A stretch of DNA of 64,000 bases from Raillietiella orientalis (Eukaryota), in assembly GCA_036172245.1 (NCBI GenBank), contig JAYWIR010000088.1:1-64000 (forward strand), given 5' to 3'. Below are positions 1-10,899 of this stretch, piece after piece. Below the pieces are notes generated by a model that saw only the letters and a program-made list of their open reading frames with translations, searched no databases and was not told the DNA's origin. Within the stretch, counting starts at the first letter, position 1; each line of letters starts with the position of its first letter. Made by a program: the position numbers and the translations under genes.

Positions 1-3000
1 GCGCGGGAGATCGAATGCATCTCCGGAGGGCGGCTGTGGTATCGGTGTGGAACATCGAGAAGTTGTGGTGTCGCTTACCTTCTTCGGCCCGTCATCGAGG
101 CCGCCGTCCTGGAGTTCGGTTCGACGATCACGGTCGTGTCGGCCAGCTGACTCTTAGCTGGTCCGACTCTATCGACCTGATCCTGACGAACGTTGACGCC
201 TCGAGCGGAGCGGACCTGACAAACAGGAGGTTCAGGTAAGAATTTTTCCTTCTTCTCCATCGCGACTGGTTGACCGAGGCAGGCGTGCGGAATGCCCATC
301 TGGTTGCAGGCGATTTTAAAGTTCCTCTGAAACCGGATGGGCCGAATCACGAGCGGGACCTGGTCAACGAGGTGTGCGCGGCGGTGCACACTTGTAATTT
401 GTTGGCCAGTGTACCAGGGATGGAGGACAACATCGATCACGTGTTCCTTGACGAGCACCTGTGCACTCGTGTGGTCAGGCGCTGCAAGTTACCGTGCAAG
501 TTGTCCGACCATCGACCAATCGTGATTGAAATCATTCCGCGCGACAAGGGCCCCCCCTTGTCAGCGTGGCGTTTTCCAGGGGAATGGCTGAAGCTCCCGG
601 ACGCGACGGAACATCTCCGCACGTTTTTACGGAGCTTCAGGATGCAGACACTCCAGGATTGGGACCACTTCAAACGGTCGGTCCAGGAGTTCTGTGAGCA
701 GTTCCCTCTGCACCGCCTACCTGCGGGATTTGGGGACGGGGTACGTAACGAACGAACCTATCTGCAGGCTCGCCGTTACGCCAGGACCCCTGACATCCGC
801 AGGATGGCGGAATACAAAGGGGGAGCCGAGAGGCAAGCCTGGCAGTCAGGATCGGCCAGCTTGCTGGACGATCAGGGCCAGGAGCATTCGGCACCCGCTC
901 AGATCCGCGGTCTGCTGCTGCGTTTTTATTCCTCCCTGTACGCAAGAACGCCTCCCGTGCGGGATTTCTCACAACTCCTGCTTTCAAAAGGCGCTCCTGG
1001 GATCGGGAAGGAGCAGAGAAAGACCCTCGACGAGCCTTTCACGATGGACGAGATCCTCTCGGCCATCAAAAAGCTCAAATGGCGAAAAGCTCCAAAGGAG
1101 GACGGCCTGCCCGCGGAGTTTTATCAAACTTTCGCGGCTGAGCTTACTCCCCTGGTACAGCAACTCACCTTGCTGATACGCGAAACAGGTGACGTTCATG
1201 CCTCGTTTCGTTAGGCAAAGGTGCGGCTCCTCCCTAAGGGAGGAGATCTGAGGAGCATGAACAACTGGCGTCCCATCACAATAGTGAATGCGGACGCCAT
1301 GTTGGTGGCTAAGGTTTGGGCAGAGCGTCTGGGACGGGTCGCCAACATCTTCATCAGCTCGGAACAGACATATGCTGTTCCCGGACGAAGTATGGAGGCG
1401 AACCTGTTCCACGCTTCCACCTGGCTAGAGCTCCAACACGAAAGGGGCTTGATGCGCACCGGGAATTCCGTTGAGTCCGTTAGTCATGCGACGGATGGTC
1501 GGATGTGGGAGGGAGCACTTGCTGTCGTTGTCGACTTGCGTAAAGCATTCGACAGCGTCGACGACAACCTCTTGTTAGAGCTTTTGGAACGCATGGGCTT
1601 CCCGACCTCATTATTGGCCTATCTGCGCTCTTGCTGGCGCGATTCGCAAGTCAATGTTACCTTCAGCGGGCATACTGTTCATGGCGTGGTTGTGCGACGT
1701 TGGATCCGGGAAGGAGACAGCCTGAGCCCCTTGCTCTTCAGTACCCACTTTGAGTTGGTACTGAGAGTGTACAGGGAAACACTGGCGCACCTGCCGCATG
1801 AATGCGCCGGAGCGCCTGCGGTTTCAGCATATGCGGACGACCTCCTGCTAGTGCTCCCTATGTCCACCCCGGCTTCGGCGTTCGACTAGTTCTTCGACCT
1901 GCTGAATCGAGGAACCAGGCTTACGGTGAACAGGGCGAAGTCGTCCGTGATGCCAGTTGGTGCGGCGTGGTCAGGGCAGCAGGACTGGGTCCGTTTGGGG
2001 ATCCCCATGGTGAGGTACTAGAAGAAACTTGGTGTGCCTTTGGGGGACTACTCCCCTGCGTAAGCGTGATCCGGCTGCCTTCAAAAAGTAGAGACGGCTA
2101 TCGGCCCGTTCCGAGGCGGCAGGTTTTTTTTGCCTGAGCGGGCCGCGGTTGAGAAAATGTTCGCAACTCCTCTCCTCCGTTCCCTGCTTTTTGTTTGGCC
2201 CCCCCACAGAGAGGATCAAAAAGCGGACGAAGGACCTCCTCCGTATCGCCCTTTGTGGCAACGGGAGGGCACGAGTCCGCTTTAAGGACTTGTGCGCTCC
2301 GCTTCGGGACGGTGGTTTAGGCCTCCTGACATTGGAGCGGCTGGAGCTGCAGCTCCAGTTCCGGATTTTTGCACTTGTGCCGGAGTTGTGGTGCACCGGT
2401 TGGTGCGTCCCTGCACGTCTCCTTTTCAGCAAGCCACCGGCAAGACGGGACTTACGTCGTTTCTTGCACTCCATCGAAGCCGCATCAACCGATGTGGTCT
2501 TCAGCTACGGAGGGTGGCTACGCTGGCAAGGAAACATCAAGGATGGATCACCTGTCTCCCCGCGAACGGTAGTTTCTGGTTGCAGGAAACCGTTCGCACG
2601 TGGGGACAGTTCGGCATGCAACCCTCCCATGAGGAACGAAGGTTCCTGTTTGGGTGTTACAGAAGTTGCACGCTCCGTGAGATCCTGGAGGATCCTAAGA
2701 ATCGAGCGTGGTCAGGAAGAACCCCCCTCTCTGCTGCGCTGGACTCCCTAGTGGAACATCAGGACAGCGATGTTGCGGCGAAATGGGAGGTTACAATAAA
2801 AATCTCCGGGAAGGAGAAGAAGCAGATAGAGTGAAAGACAGGCCCGCTAACTGATGCTGCGACCCCGAGTACGCCTCCTAATGGACTTCTGCGCTGGGGA
2901 GCGCTGCTGGATGTTCCGATTGAACAACTGAAGTGGCCCCCAAGTCTTATGAACACTTCCATCCTCCCCCTAAAATGGCAAGAGTCGGCATTCCTGTTGC

Positions 3001-3430
3001 AGCACTGGGGACTCTTCTGCAACGCCCGCCGACACCACTGGACCTGGAGAGCGGTGGACCCCAATTGTGTAAGGTGCGGGGAACGGGATTCCCTCCCCCA
3101 CCTCCTTGTGGATTGTGTTGCCCTTCCGCCCTATTGGTTTTGCTTTCCGCGGCCATCGGTATCCCTTGCGGCAACCCCAGGGACGCACTAAAAGCCTTCT
3201 TCGTTGCCGACGCCCTTCGGCCAGCGTCCTCGATAGCAGCCCTGTGCTGCCTCCGTGGGATCGTCGCCGCCTGGAGCAGGACGACGGGAGGACCTGGCGA
3301 TATGGACGCCATCCAGTGCGCCTCCCAATTACTGAGGAGAGCGTCGCGATGGCCTTACCTGGATGTTCATAACAAACAAGAGCTTGTCAGCATCCTGAGA
3401 GGGATGATGCGGCCCCAGCAGCATCAGTGA
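1..3430 (+). pseudogene. ORF2 (APE-RT-zinc finger), multiple stops and frameshifts
   Basis: ORFs 270-1214, 1221-1889, 2149-2751, 2949-3191 and 2933-3430 are collinear pieces of one L1-type ORF2. Confidence 0.9.
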
Positions 3431-3647
3431 TCCCTTCCAGTTCCCTCCCACCCTTTGTTTCTTTTTGTTTAGTGTTTTTGTTTTTCCCCTTTCCCCTGCT
3501 GCCTTGGTGGATCGAACCGGTCTAGAAACCGGTGAATTGGCAGGTTCCGTGGTTCTTAGCTTCTGGCTGGAGCATTGCCACAGCCATTAATAATTACTTT
3601 ATAAAGTTTATTTTTTAATAAACGACCCGGAGAAATCCGGGTGAAAA
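1..3647 (+). mobile_element. Tx1/L1-clade LINE, family C-like; ORF2 plus 3' UTR, 5' part outside the window
   Basis: Broken frames give APE (HLVAGDFK, IDHVF, LSDH), RT (WRPIT, DLRKAFD, REGDSLSP, AYADDLL), GGLG and NCVRCGERDSLPHLLVDC. Stop at 3430. Ends AATAAACG-ACCCGGA-GAAA-TCCGGGT-GAAAA. Confidence 0.93.
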
Positions 3648-4023
3648 TCGAATGCTTTGTGCAAATCGACCGCGACGGCAAAGGCTCCCGCCGAGTCCGT
3701 CCTATCCTCTGCATGATCTTCTTGGTCAGAGGGGCGCGCGAGGCTCCCTTGACCATCCTGAGCAACGCGTTGTCGCAACTGCCACCATGAGCTGACGAGG
3801 AGCAGTTTCGCCTCCCTGGCAGCAAAACTTCTCGCTGGAGGCGAGGGACGATCGGTGCAGGCTTTCACTCCTCCCGAAGAAGGTCCTGCGACGCAAGGGG
3901 ATTCCTCCACCTCTATTTCTGCGTGCCCTGGCTTCATTTTCCTCGGAAAAGAAACACCACACCCAAAAGGAACAGCCGCAAAGAAGCACCAAAGGCGAAG
4001 CGCAAGAATGCACGTCCGAACAA
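3648..4023 (-). mobile_element. Internally deleted LINE: 5' UTR and ORF1 start fused to an RT fragment, interrupted at the KAFD motif
   Basis: Starts TTGTTCGGACGTG (5'-end motif). ORF1-type 'RSFAA' runs into RT 'EAKLLLVSSWWQL...AVAVDLHKAFD'. Confidence 0.7.
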
Positions 4024-4040
4024 TGGACATGGTCGGCTCT

Positions 4041-4200
4041 TTGTCACTCGGGTGCGCCAAGTCGTTTATTACAAACTATCCGGGAACAGAGTTCAAGGAC
4101 AAAAAGAAAAACAAGATACGAAGGGGGTGGGATCCCCGACACGCAGGTTGGTATGCTGAAAGTCCGGAACGGGTAGGAGGGGAACACAAATACACTACTA
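4041..4200 (-). mobile_element. Isolated LINE 3' UTR fragment with terminal hairpin
   Basis: Minus strand ends AATAAACGACTTGG-CGCAC-CCGAGTGACAA after a T-rich tract. Confidence 0.65.
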
Positions 4201-4652
4201 GAGGGAACTGCGGAATGTCAACTGTTGGAATGTCAAAGGCTTGCGCGACGACGGTGACAGGCGAGATACATCCGACACCTTGCGGGAGTTCGACCTGTCC
4301 CTGTTGCAGGAGATCCACGTGATCACCTCGGCAGACGTCCAGGAGATCGAAACGATCGAGCGGTGTCTGCTGTACTGGCAATGCGGCATCCGCAACACCT
4401 GCGGGGTCGAGTTCTTCGTGAAGCAGGCTATCGACGCTGCCGTGAACGGCGTCCGCTTCGATTACGACGGTCGGGTGAGTCAACTGCTTCTCGGCTGGTC
4501 CGACTCGAACGATCTGATCGTCACGAATGTGTACGCCCCAACCGGTCAAAAGGGATACAGCAACAGTACCAGGTTGCTTGAATCCCTCAAGCGCGACTGG
4601 CTGGCCAACACGAACGTGCGGAAGCCTCACCTGATAGCGGGAGATTTCAATC
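4200..4652 (+). pseudogene. Family D APE, N-terminal half (host of the family A insertion)
   Basis: CWNVKGL...DLSLLQEIHV...NVYAP...HLIAGDFN; homology stops exactly at GDFN. Confidence 0.88.
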
Positions 4653-4730
4653 GAGTGCGGACGTGTTTTTCTTCGCTCTCGTCTCCGTGCTTTCATCCGC
4701 TTCATCTTGGCGTCGTACATTTTGACGACG

Positions 4731-6650
4731 ATGTCGACCCAACCCGAAGCTACTGAAGTTGGAGGAACAGCATCCGGATCTGCAATCGCGGAACCGAAGG
4801 CCGCCTCCACTTCGTCTTTCTCGCCAATGGAGAGGAGTTTTGCTGACGTTGCTGCCACAGCAGCCGTCAAAGGGAGACCACTCGACGAGTCGGAGTTGCG
4901 GGCATACGTAGCCCAAGGCTATCGACCTGCTCTCCGATATAAGGTGAGTGGTTTTCTTTCTGCGCGCGAAAGGAATCAGTTCAACGATGAACTGAACCGT
5001 GTTGGCGTGCGGGAGGAGGACCTCCTCGCCATTATGCCTGTAAAGGATATGGGCTATTTCAAGGTGCGTTGCAAAGACGCTGCACTTGTGCAACGCTTGC
5101 TGCGCACCCCGTTGTCGATCCGTGGCCAGAAGGTCTTCCCGGCCGCCATGGACGACTCATTTGTGGCGGAGATTTTCGACATCGAGTCCGAAATCTCCGA
5201 TATTGATATTCGGAACGCTTTGGCGAAATTCGCCACGGTCCATGCGCGGTAAAGGGTGCGTAGCAACCTCAAGGACCTCCCGTCCATACACAGCAGAGTC
5301 GCTGGAGTCCGGCTTACAATGCCGGACCGCCGTCTGCTGCCCACCAAACTACAGGTGAAAGACACGGTCGTTCACCTGTAGTTCGTGGGCAAAGTAAGAA
5401 CGTGCGAGCAATGCGGAAAGGAGGGGCATTGTTTGGATAAATGCCCCTCTGGAAAATGCCGTTATTGCAAACTATCAGGGCACCAATTGGAAAATTGCCC
5501 GGATCTTTTGCGAAAAAGGCAGCCGCGGAGCTCCATCTTAAAAAACAAAGCGCGGATACAAAGAAAAAATCAGCGAAAAACCTGGAGACCCCACGGCACA
5601 AATTCGGTAAAAACGGGAGGCGGAATGTCGCCCCAAAGCAGCAGGAAATTTCGCACGCGAAGCCCTGCGCGCCCCCTCTAGCGGCAGGGAGCCGCAAAAG
5701 AAAGGGTGCGGGGAATCCGGGGCAATGGTAAGTCCCCCTAGGCGCAATAGCAGTCCTTCCCAAGCACGCCCGGCTCTCTCGGAGTTCGAGCAACCGGCGG
5801 GGACACCAATGGACAACGGCGGTAAGGACATTTCCAGTAACGTCAGTTCCATTCCTTCATCCCCTGCAGTGGCTGAGAAGCCCAAATCGGGTAAGAAGGG
5901 TTGTGCCGTGTCGACTTCGAAAGTCGGCAAAATAAATCCGCGTCGCGATCCAACACCGCGAAAGCGGAGAAACATCTCACGGCGTCGCAGTCGGAGAGCA
6001 AGCTCTCGACTGGCGCGGATGCCATGACAACGCAGGGATTAAAAGCCCTTCCGAAGGTAGGGTGCATGACGAGCGTGTCGGAGCCATCGAAAGTGCTCCC
6101 GTCCAAAGACGCGGATGGCCTCAAAGATGGCAATGGAGCACAATCTCCATTTACGGCGCCACGCAAAGTGAGGAACCGTAATGAAGTAAAGAAGACTTCA
6201 GCAAGGGTCCCTCGTGGAACTGCGCGTGAGCACGCTGAAAACGCGCGCGCCGGGAAAGCAGCCGTCACAAAAAGCGATGCTCTGGTAACGGAAAACGACA
6301 ACACGACAGCTGTCAATCCAGCAGAACCTGTCACTACTTCGCGGAAGGCCGAAACCCGATCGAACATGCGCCGGTCGGACTCCGAAATGGATGCCGTACC
6401 GATCACCGAGACGAGGACAACTCGTTCGAAAGCGTGTGCGCGCCGATCAAAAGTAGGCAGCCAGGCAACGCTCGCCGCGAAGCAACGCGAAGTCTCCACG
6501 AAACCCGACGGGGTTAAGCCTGGCGTGGAGGCATTACATGCATGCAGCACCACAGAGGACGGTGGCGACCGTCCCCTCCAGCCAGTCGTGCTGCTCGCCG
6601 TCTGATCGCCGGAAGAAGGGAGCACAAAGCCGCCACCTTCCCAGCAGTAA
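4731..6650 (+). pseudogene. ORF1 (gag-like nucleic-acid-binding protein, two CCHC knuckles), disrupted
   Basis: RSFADVAA and LVQRLLRTPL N-terminal domain; CEQCGKEGHCLDKC and CRYCKLSGHQLENC; K/S/A-rich tail ending SQQ-TAA at 6648-6650. Confidence 0.88.
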
Positions 6651-9600
6651 TGCATGGAATCGCGTCTTCTCGTCGTCTGTCCGTAACGTGTTGAAACGTG
6701 AACGGACTACAGAACGACGAGAAGAGGCGATTAGTAGCCAACGCCCTGCGCCCCTTCGACCTGGCACTCCTGCAGGGGATTCACGTAATCTCGGACGTGC
6801 AGGCAGCCGAAATCGAGGAGCGCGCAGGCGGAACGCTACATTGGCGGTGCGGCGGCGCACGCACGTGCGGCGACGCGCTCCTCGTAAGAGGAAAGATGGC
6901 GGAAGCGGTGCGTAGTGTTCGTATTGATGACGACGCACGGATAGGCCAGCTTGTCATCAAGTGGTCCGAGTCCATCGATCTCGTCGTTAGGAACGTCTAC
7001 GTGCCGAATGGCATTCGCTACCTCGAAGAAAGAGTACCTTTCTTTGGTGAGGTGCAGAGCCACTGGCTCAACAACATTGGCTTCCAATTGGGGCACCTTG
7101 TTGCTGGGGACTTCAACGTCCGCCTGCTCTCCGACGATTGGAGCCGCCCGAGGGACCGCGCGCTGTCCATCGTGATGTGCGCGTCCGTGCATGCCGCCAA
7201 CTTGATGGTCAGCGAACCTGGAATGGAAAGATCGCTCGATTACGTTTTGCTCAATGAAAACCTGCATTCGCGCGTGGGAAGGACAGGAAGATTGCTGACT
7301 AGGCTTTCTGACCACCACAGGTGTGAGTTTGAGATTCTTCCGCCAGGCAGGGGGCCTCCGTTGCAAAACTGGAGGATGCAGGCACATTGGCTTAGCCAAC
7401 CAAAGGCTGCGGAGCATCTACGTGGACACCTCCGAGGATTTGCCATTCAAGAACTTGCGGACTGAGACGATCTCAAAAGATCTGTCCGCGAGATTTGCTG
7501 CCAATTCCCCTTGTACCAGCTTCCATGCGGTTTCGGAGAGGGCGTGGCCAACAGTAGAGACTTTCTGCAGGCCCGCACGTTTTCGAGACGCGCGGATGTC
7601 GGGCGTCTCGCAGAGTACAAGGCGAGGGCCGAGCGCCAGGTCTGGCAGTCCGGAGCAGCATGCCTGTTGGACGACAAGGGCTAGGAATGTTCGGCCCCAG
7701 CCGAAGTACGCCGCATTGTGAGACGCTACTACTCCTCGCTGTACGCGGAATCCCCGACGGAGGATATTCTTTCTGAGATACTCCTGTCTCAGGATGCTCG
7801 TGTTGTCGGCGAGGAGGAACGCGAACGTCTCAACGAGCCCTTCACGCCGGATGAAATTTCGTCCGCCATCGCTGGGCTGAAGAGACGAAAGGTGCCAGGC
7901 GCTGATGGGCTCCCTGCAGAGTTTTATCAGTGCTTTGCAGTGGAGCTCATTCCCTTGATGCTGAGACTCGCAACGCTGATGAGTGAATCCGGGAATGTCC
8001 CGGATTCCTTATGCTCAGCGAAGGTGCGTCTCCTGCCGAAAGGCGGAGACTTGCGTCAACTTAACATCTGGCGCCCGATCACCTTAGTAAACTCGTACGT
8101 CAAGTTGTTTTCCAAGGTGTGGGTCGCGCGGTTAGGAAGTATCGCGGAATCTGTGGAGAGCCCGTAACAAACCTACGCGGTTCCGGGACGATCCATGGAG
8201 GCGAACGTCCTTTTCGCGCGTACATGGATGCAGCTGCAGGAAGTTGTGGCGCAGCAAAGCCATGCTGCTGCGAAAGTCACTGCCGCAGGCAAGAAGAACA
8301 GGCGCCGACGGCAGGAGGCAACGCCAAGTGCCTTGGTGGTCGCGGTCGTTCTCCAGAAGGCGTTCGACTGCGTAAACCAGAAGCTGCTTTTGGAGCTTAT
8401 AAAACGCCTTGGGTTCCCGGTGCAACTCCTGCTGTATTTGCGCGCGTGCTGGCGCCACGCGCTTACCTGCACCACTTTCAGCGGCTGCCGCATGTAAGGT
8501 ATTCCCGTGCGTAGGGGCATCCGACAGTGCGACAGCTTCAGCGCTTTGCTCTTCAGTATCTTCTTTGAGTTGGTGCTTAGAGCATACAGGCTGACGCCGT
8601 CTCACTTGCCTAGCTCCTGCCCGGGAACGCCTGCCGTGGCCGCCTACGCTGATGACCTGCTTCTTCAGCTCCCCATGTTCACCCCGGCGTCCAGTGTCGA
8701 GGATTTCTTCGACCTGATTCGTCATGGAACGGGCGTGAGCGTGAACAGAGAGAAAAGCGTGGTCGTTCCTGTGGGTACGTCGTGGGAGGAACAGTCCGAC
8801 TGGATCCGCCTGGGGATCCCCACGAGCGGGTACCTTAAGTACCTTGGCGTTCTGTTGGGCGCTTACGGCGCAGCCGATGCGTGGGCGGACTATCTTCAGA
8901 AAGCAGAGTTGGCCATCAGCCCGTTCCTTAACGGCAAGTTTACCTTGCAGGAACGGGCGTCTATTTGGAACACCTTTGTGGCCCCCCTCCTCCGTCCCCT
9001 GTTTTTTGTTTTGGCCCCCTCTATGCGGCGAAACAGCGGGCTGAACACCTGCTCTGGAACGCTTTCTGGGGTCCGGCTAGTTCCAGGTTCTGCCTTAAAG
9101 CTTTGTTAGCTCCGCGTCGAGATGCTGGTTTGGGTATCCTGACAATGGAGCGAATCGGACTGCAGGTGCAGTTACGTCTGCTGGCACTGTGTGCCCAGCT
9201 ACGGACATCTTCCCTGTGTGTGCCAGCCCGCGTTCTCCTGCGGAGATGCGCCGACAGCATAGGATTTCTCTCGCTTTTGCCGGGCACTCAATACAGGAAG
9301 CGGGGTTTCGGGTTTCCATTGCGGCAGTTGACCGCACTTCTGGAAGCTCACTTGTGGATCTCCTGCCGCCCAATGAACTTTGAAGCTTGGCGGCAGGAGT
9401 CTGTTGAATCCTGGGCGGCGTTCCAAGGAATACGCTTTGAAGATCTTCGCCCCCTGCGTCAATTTTATCCACGATCCTTGGAAGAATTACTGCAGGACGA
9501 GGTGAAGTTTTCTACCCTGGATGCCACGCGTCTTGCCGCAGCGCTGTTTGCCCTCAGGGCAAGAAACGACAGTTACCAATAGGCGAGGTTGGAGATTTCC

Positions 9601-10243
9601 TGCACGATAGCGGGAAAAACCAAAATTCCTTGGTGCCTGGAAGACGAGTGAGTTGGCGGACGCCGCCACCTCTTGTGCTGCTGCAAAGGGTCTCCTCTGG
9701 TGGGCAGAAGAACTTGCTGTCACCCCCAAAGAAGTTGTAGTCCCTTCACAGTGTATTAGCAGTTCGCTGCTCTCCCTTGCTTGGAAACAAGACGCGTTGG
9801 TTTTTGTTCACTGGAGTTTTCAGTGCAACGAGCGTTGGCATCGTGACTCCGGGGGGCTTGCGTCTGCGAACTGCGTTCGGTGCGGATCCACGTAGTCGAT
9901 TCCGCACCTACTTCTGGACTGCGGTGTCCTACAAGGACTGTGGCGTAGGCTGACAACAGCACTAATGCATCCCGTGGACATCGCAAGAGACTTGCTGCGG
10001 CGATTCTTCACGCCGAGCGGGCTGTCCCTAAGCGCAAAAATTGCAACCATCGGTTGCATACGCGCGATAGTTTCCGTCCGCCAGGCGTTGGTAATCAACG
10101 GACAGCACCAAGAGGTAATCAGCAAAGCATCCTTCCACATGGAAGCATCCGGTAGATGGCCTCATTTGACAGAGGAGACAAAAAGGAATCTCGCCGCAAT
10201 GCACCGCCGGTTTACACACGCTCAGCAGCGGCTAACCCGGTGA
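6650..10243 (+). pseudogene. ORF2 (APE-RT-zinc finger), disrupted
   Basis: NVNGLQ, LQGIH, AGDFN, LSDHH; PGADGLPAEFY, WRPIT, KAFD, GIRQCD, AYADDLL, KYLG; NCVRCGST..PHLLLDC. Confidence 0.92.
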
Positions 10244-10556
10244 TCATTGCCCTACCCTCCATAAACTAATTTTGTATTTTCTTTTCACACCCGCGTCCCC
10301 ATAGGCTCCGGAGCATTCCAGGTGGTCATCGTTTAAATCTTTGTGAGTTCGAAGCCTAACCAAAAACCCGTTACCCTTCCCTCCAGTTTTTGATTTTTGT
10401 TTGTTTTTCCTCATTCCTCATACGCTGCAAACGGTTTGTCTACCAGGCCTGCGTGCCGGTAATTTTTCTATGTTCCCTGTCGTTCTGTTGGTTGGAGACA
10501 TTGTCCCTGTCCAGTTTATCATTATTAATAAACGCTCCGGAGTGACCGGGTGATAA

Positions 10557-10899
10557 ATTTTAATCTCCGTCTGCTATCAGTTGATCCTAAAACACAAGTA
10601 AACCCTATGAACGAGATCTACGCCGCCATGCGTGCGCGCAACTTGTTCGAGGGTGAGAGGGAAATTAAGCGCAGCATCGACCACGTCTTCTTCTACGCTG
10701 ACCTGTCTTCACGGGTCGGCAAACGGGGGAAGCTTGCGTCGACGCTGTCGGACCATTCGCGGCTAATTTTCGAGATGCGGCCTCGCGACAAGGGACCGCC
10801 ATTCAGGGATTGGCGTCTACCGGGGGACTCGACGCGACTGACAAGTGCGAAGAAACACCTTTGCGAATTCCTGAGAGGCGTCACGCTCCAGAGTCTCTC
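10557..10899 (+). pseudogene. Family D APE, C-terminal half (continuation of 4200-4652)
   Basis: FNLRLL...SIDHVF...LSDH...LRGVTLQSLS, then interrupted by a minus-strand 3' end. Confidence 0.88.

Larger units (their letters stand above)
4653..10556 (+). mobile_element. Full-length (5.9 kb) family A Tx1-like LINE with 9-bp TSD
   Basis: Starts GAGTGCGGACGTG; contains ORF1, ORF2, 3' UTR and terminal hairpin. Flanked by ATTTCAATC (4644-4652) and ATTTTAATC (10557-10565). Host APE resumes as FNLRLL. Confidence 0.95.
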
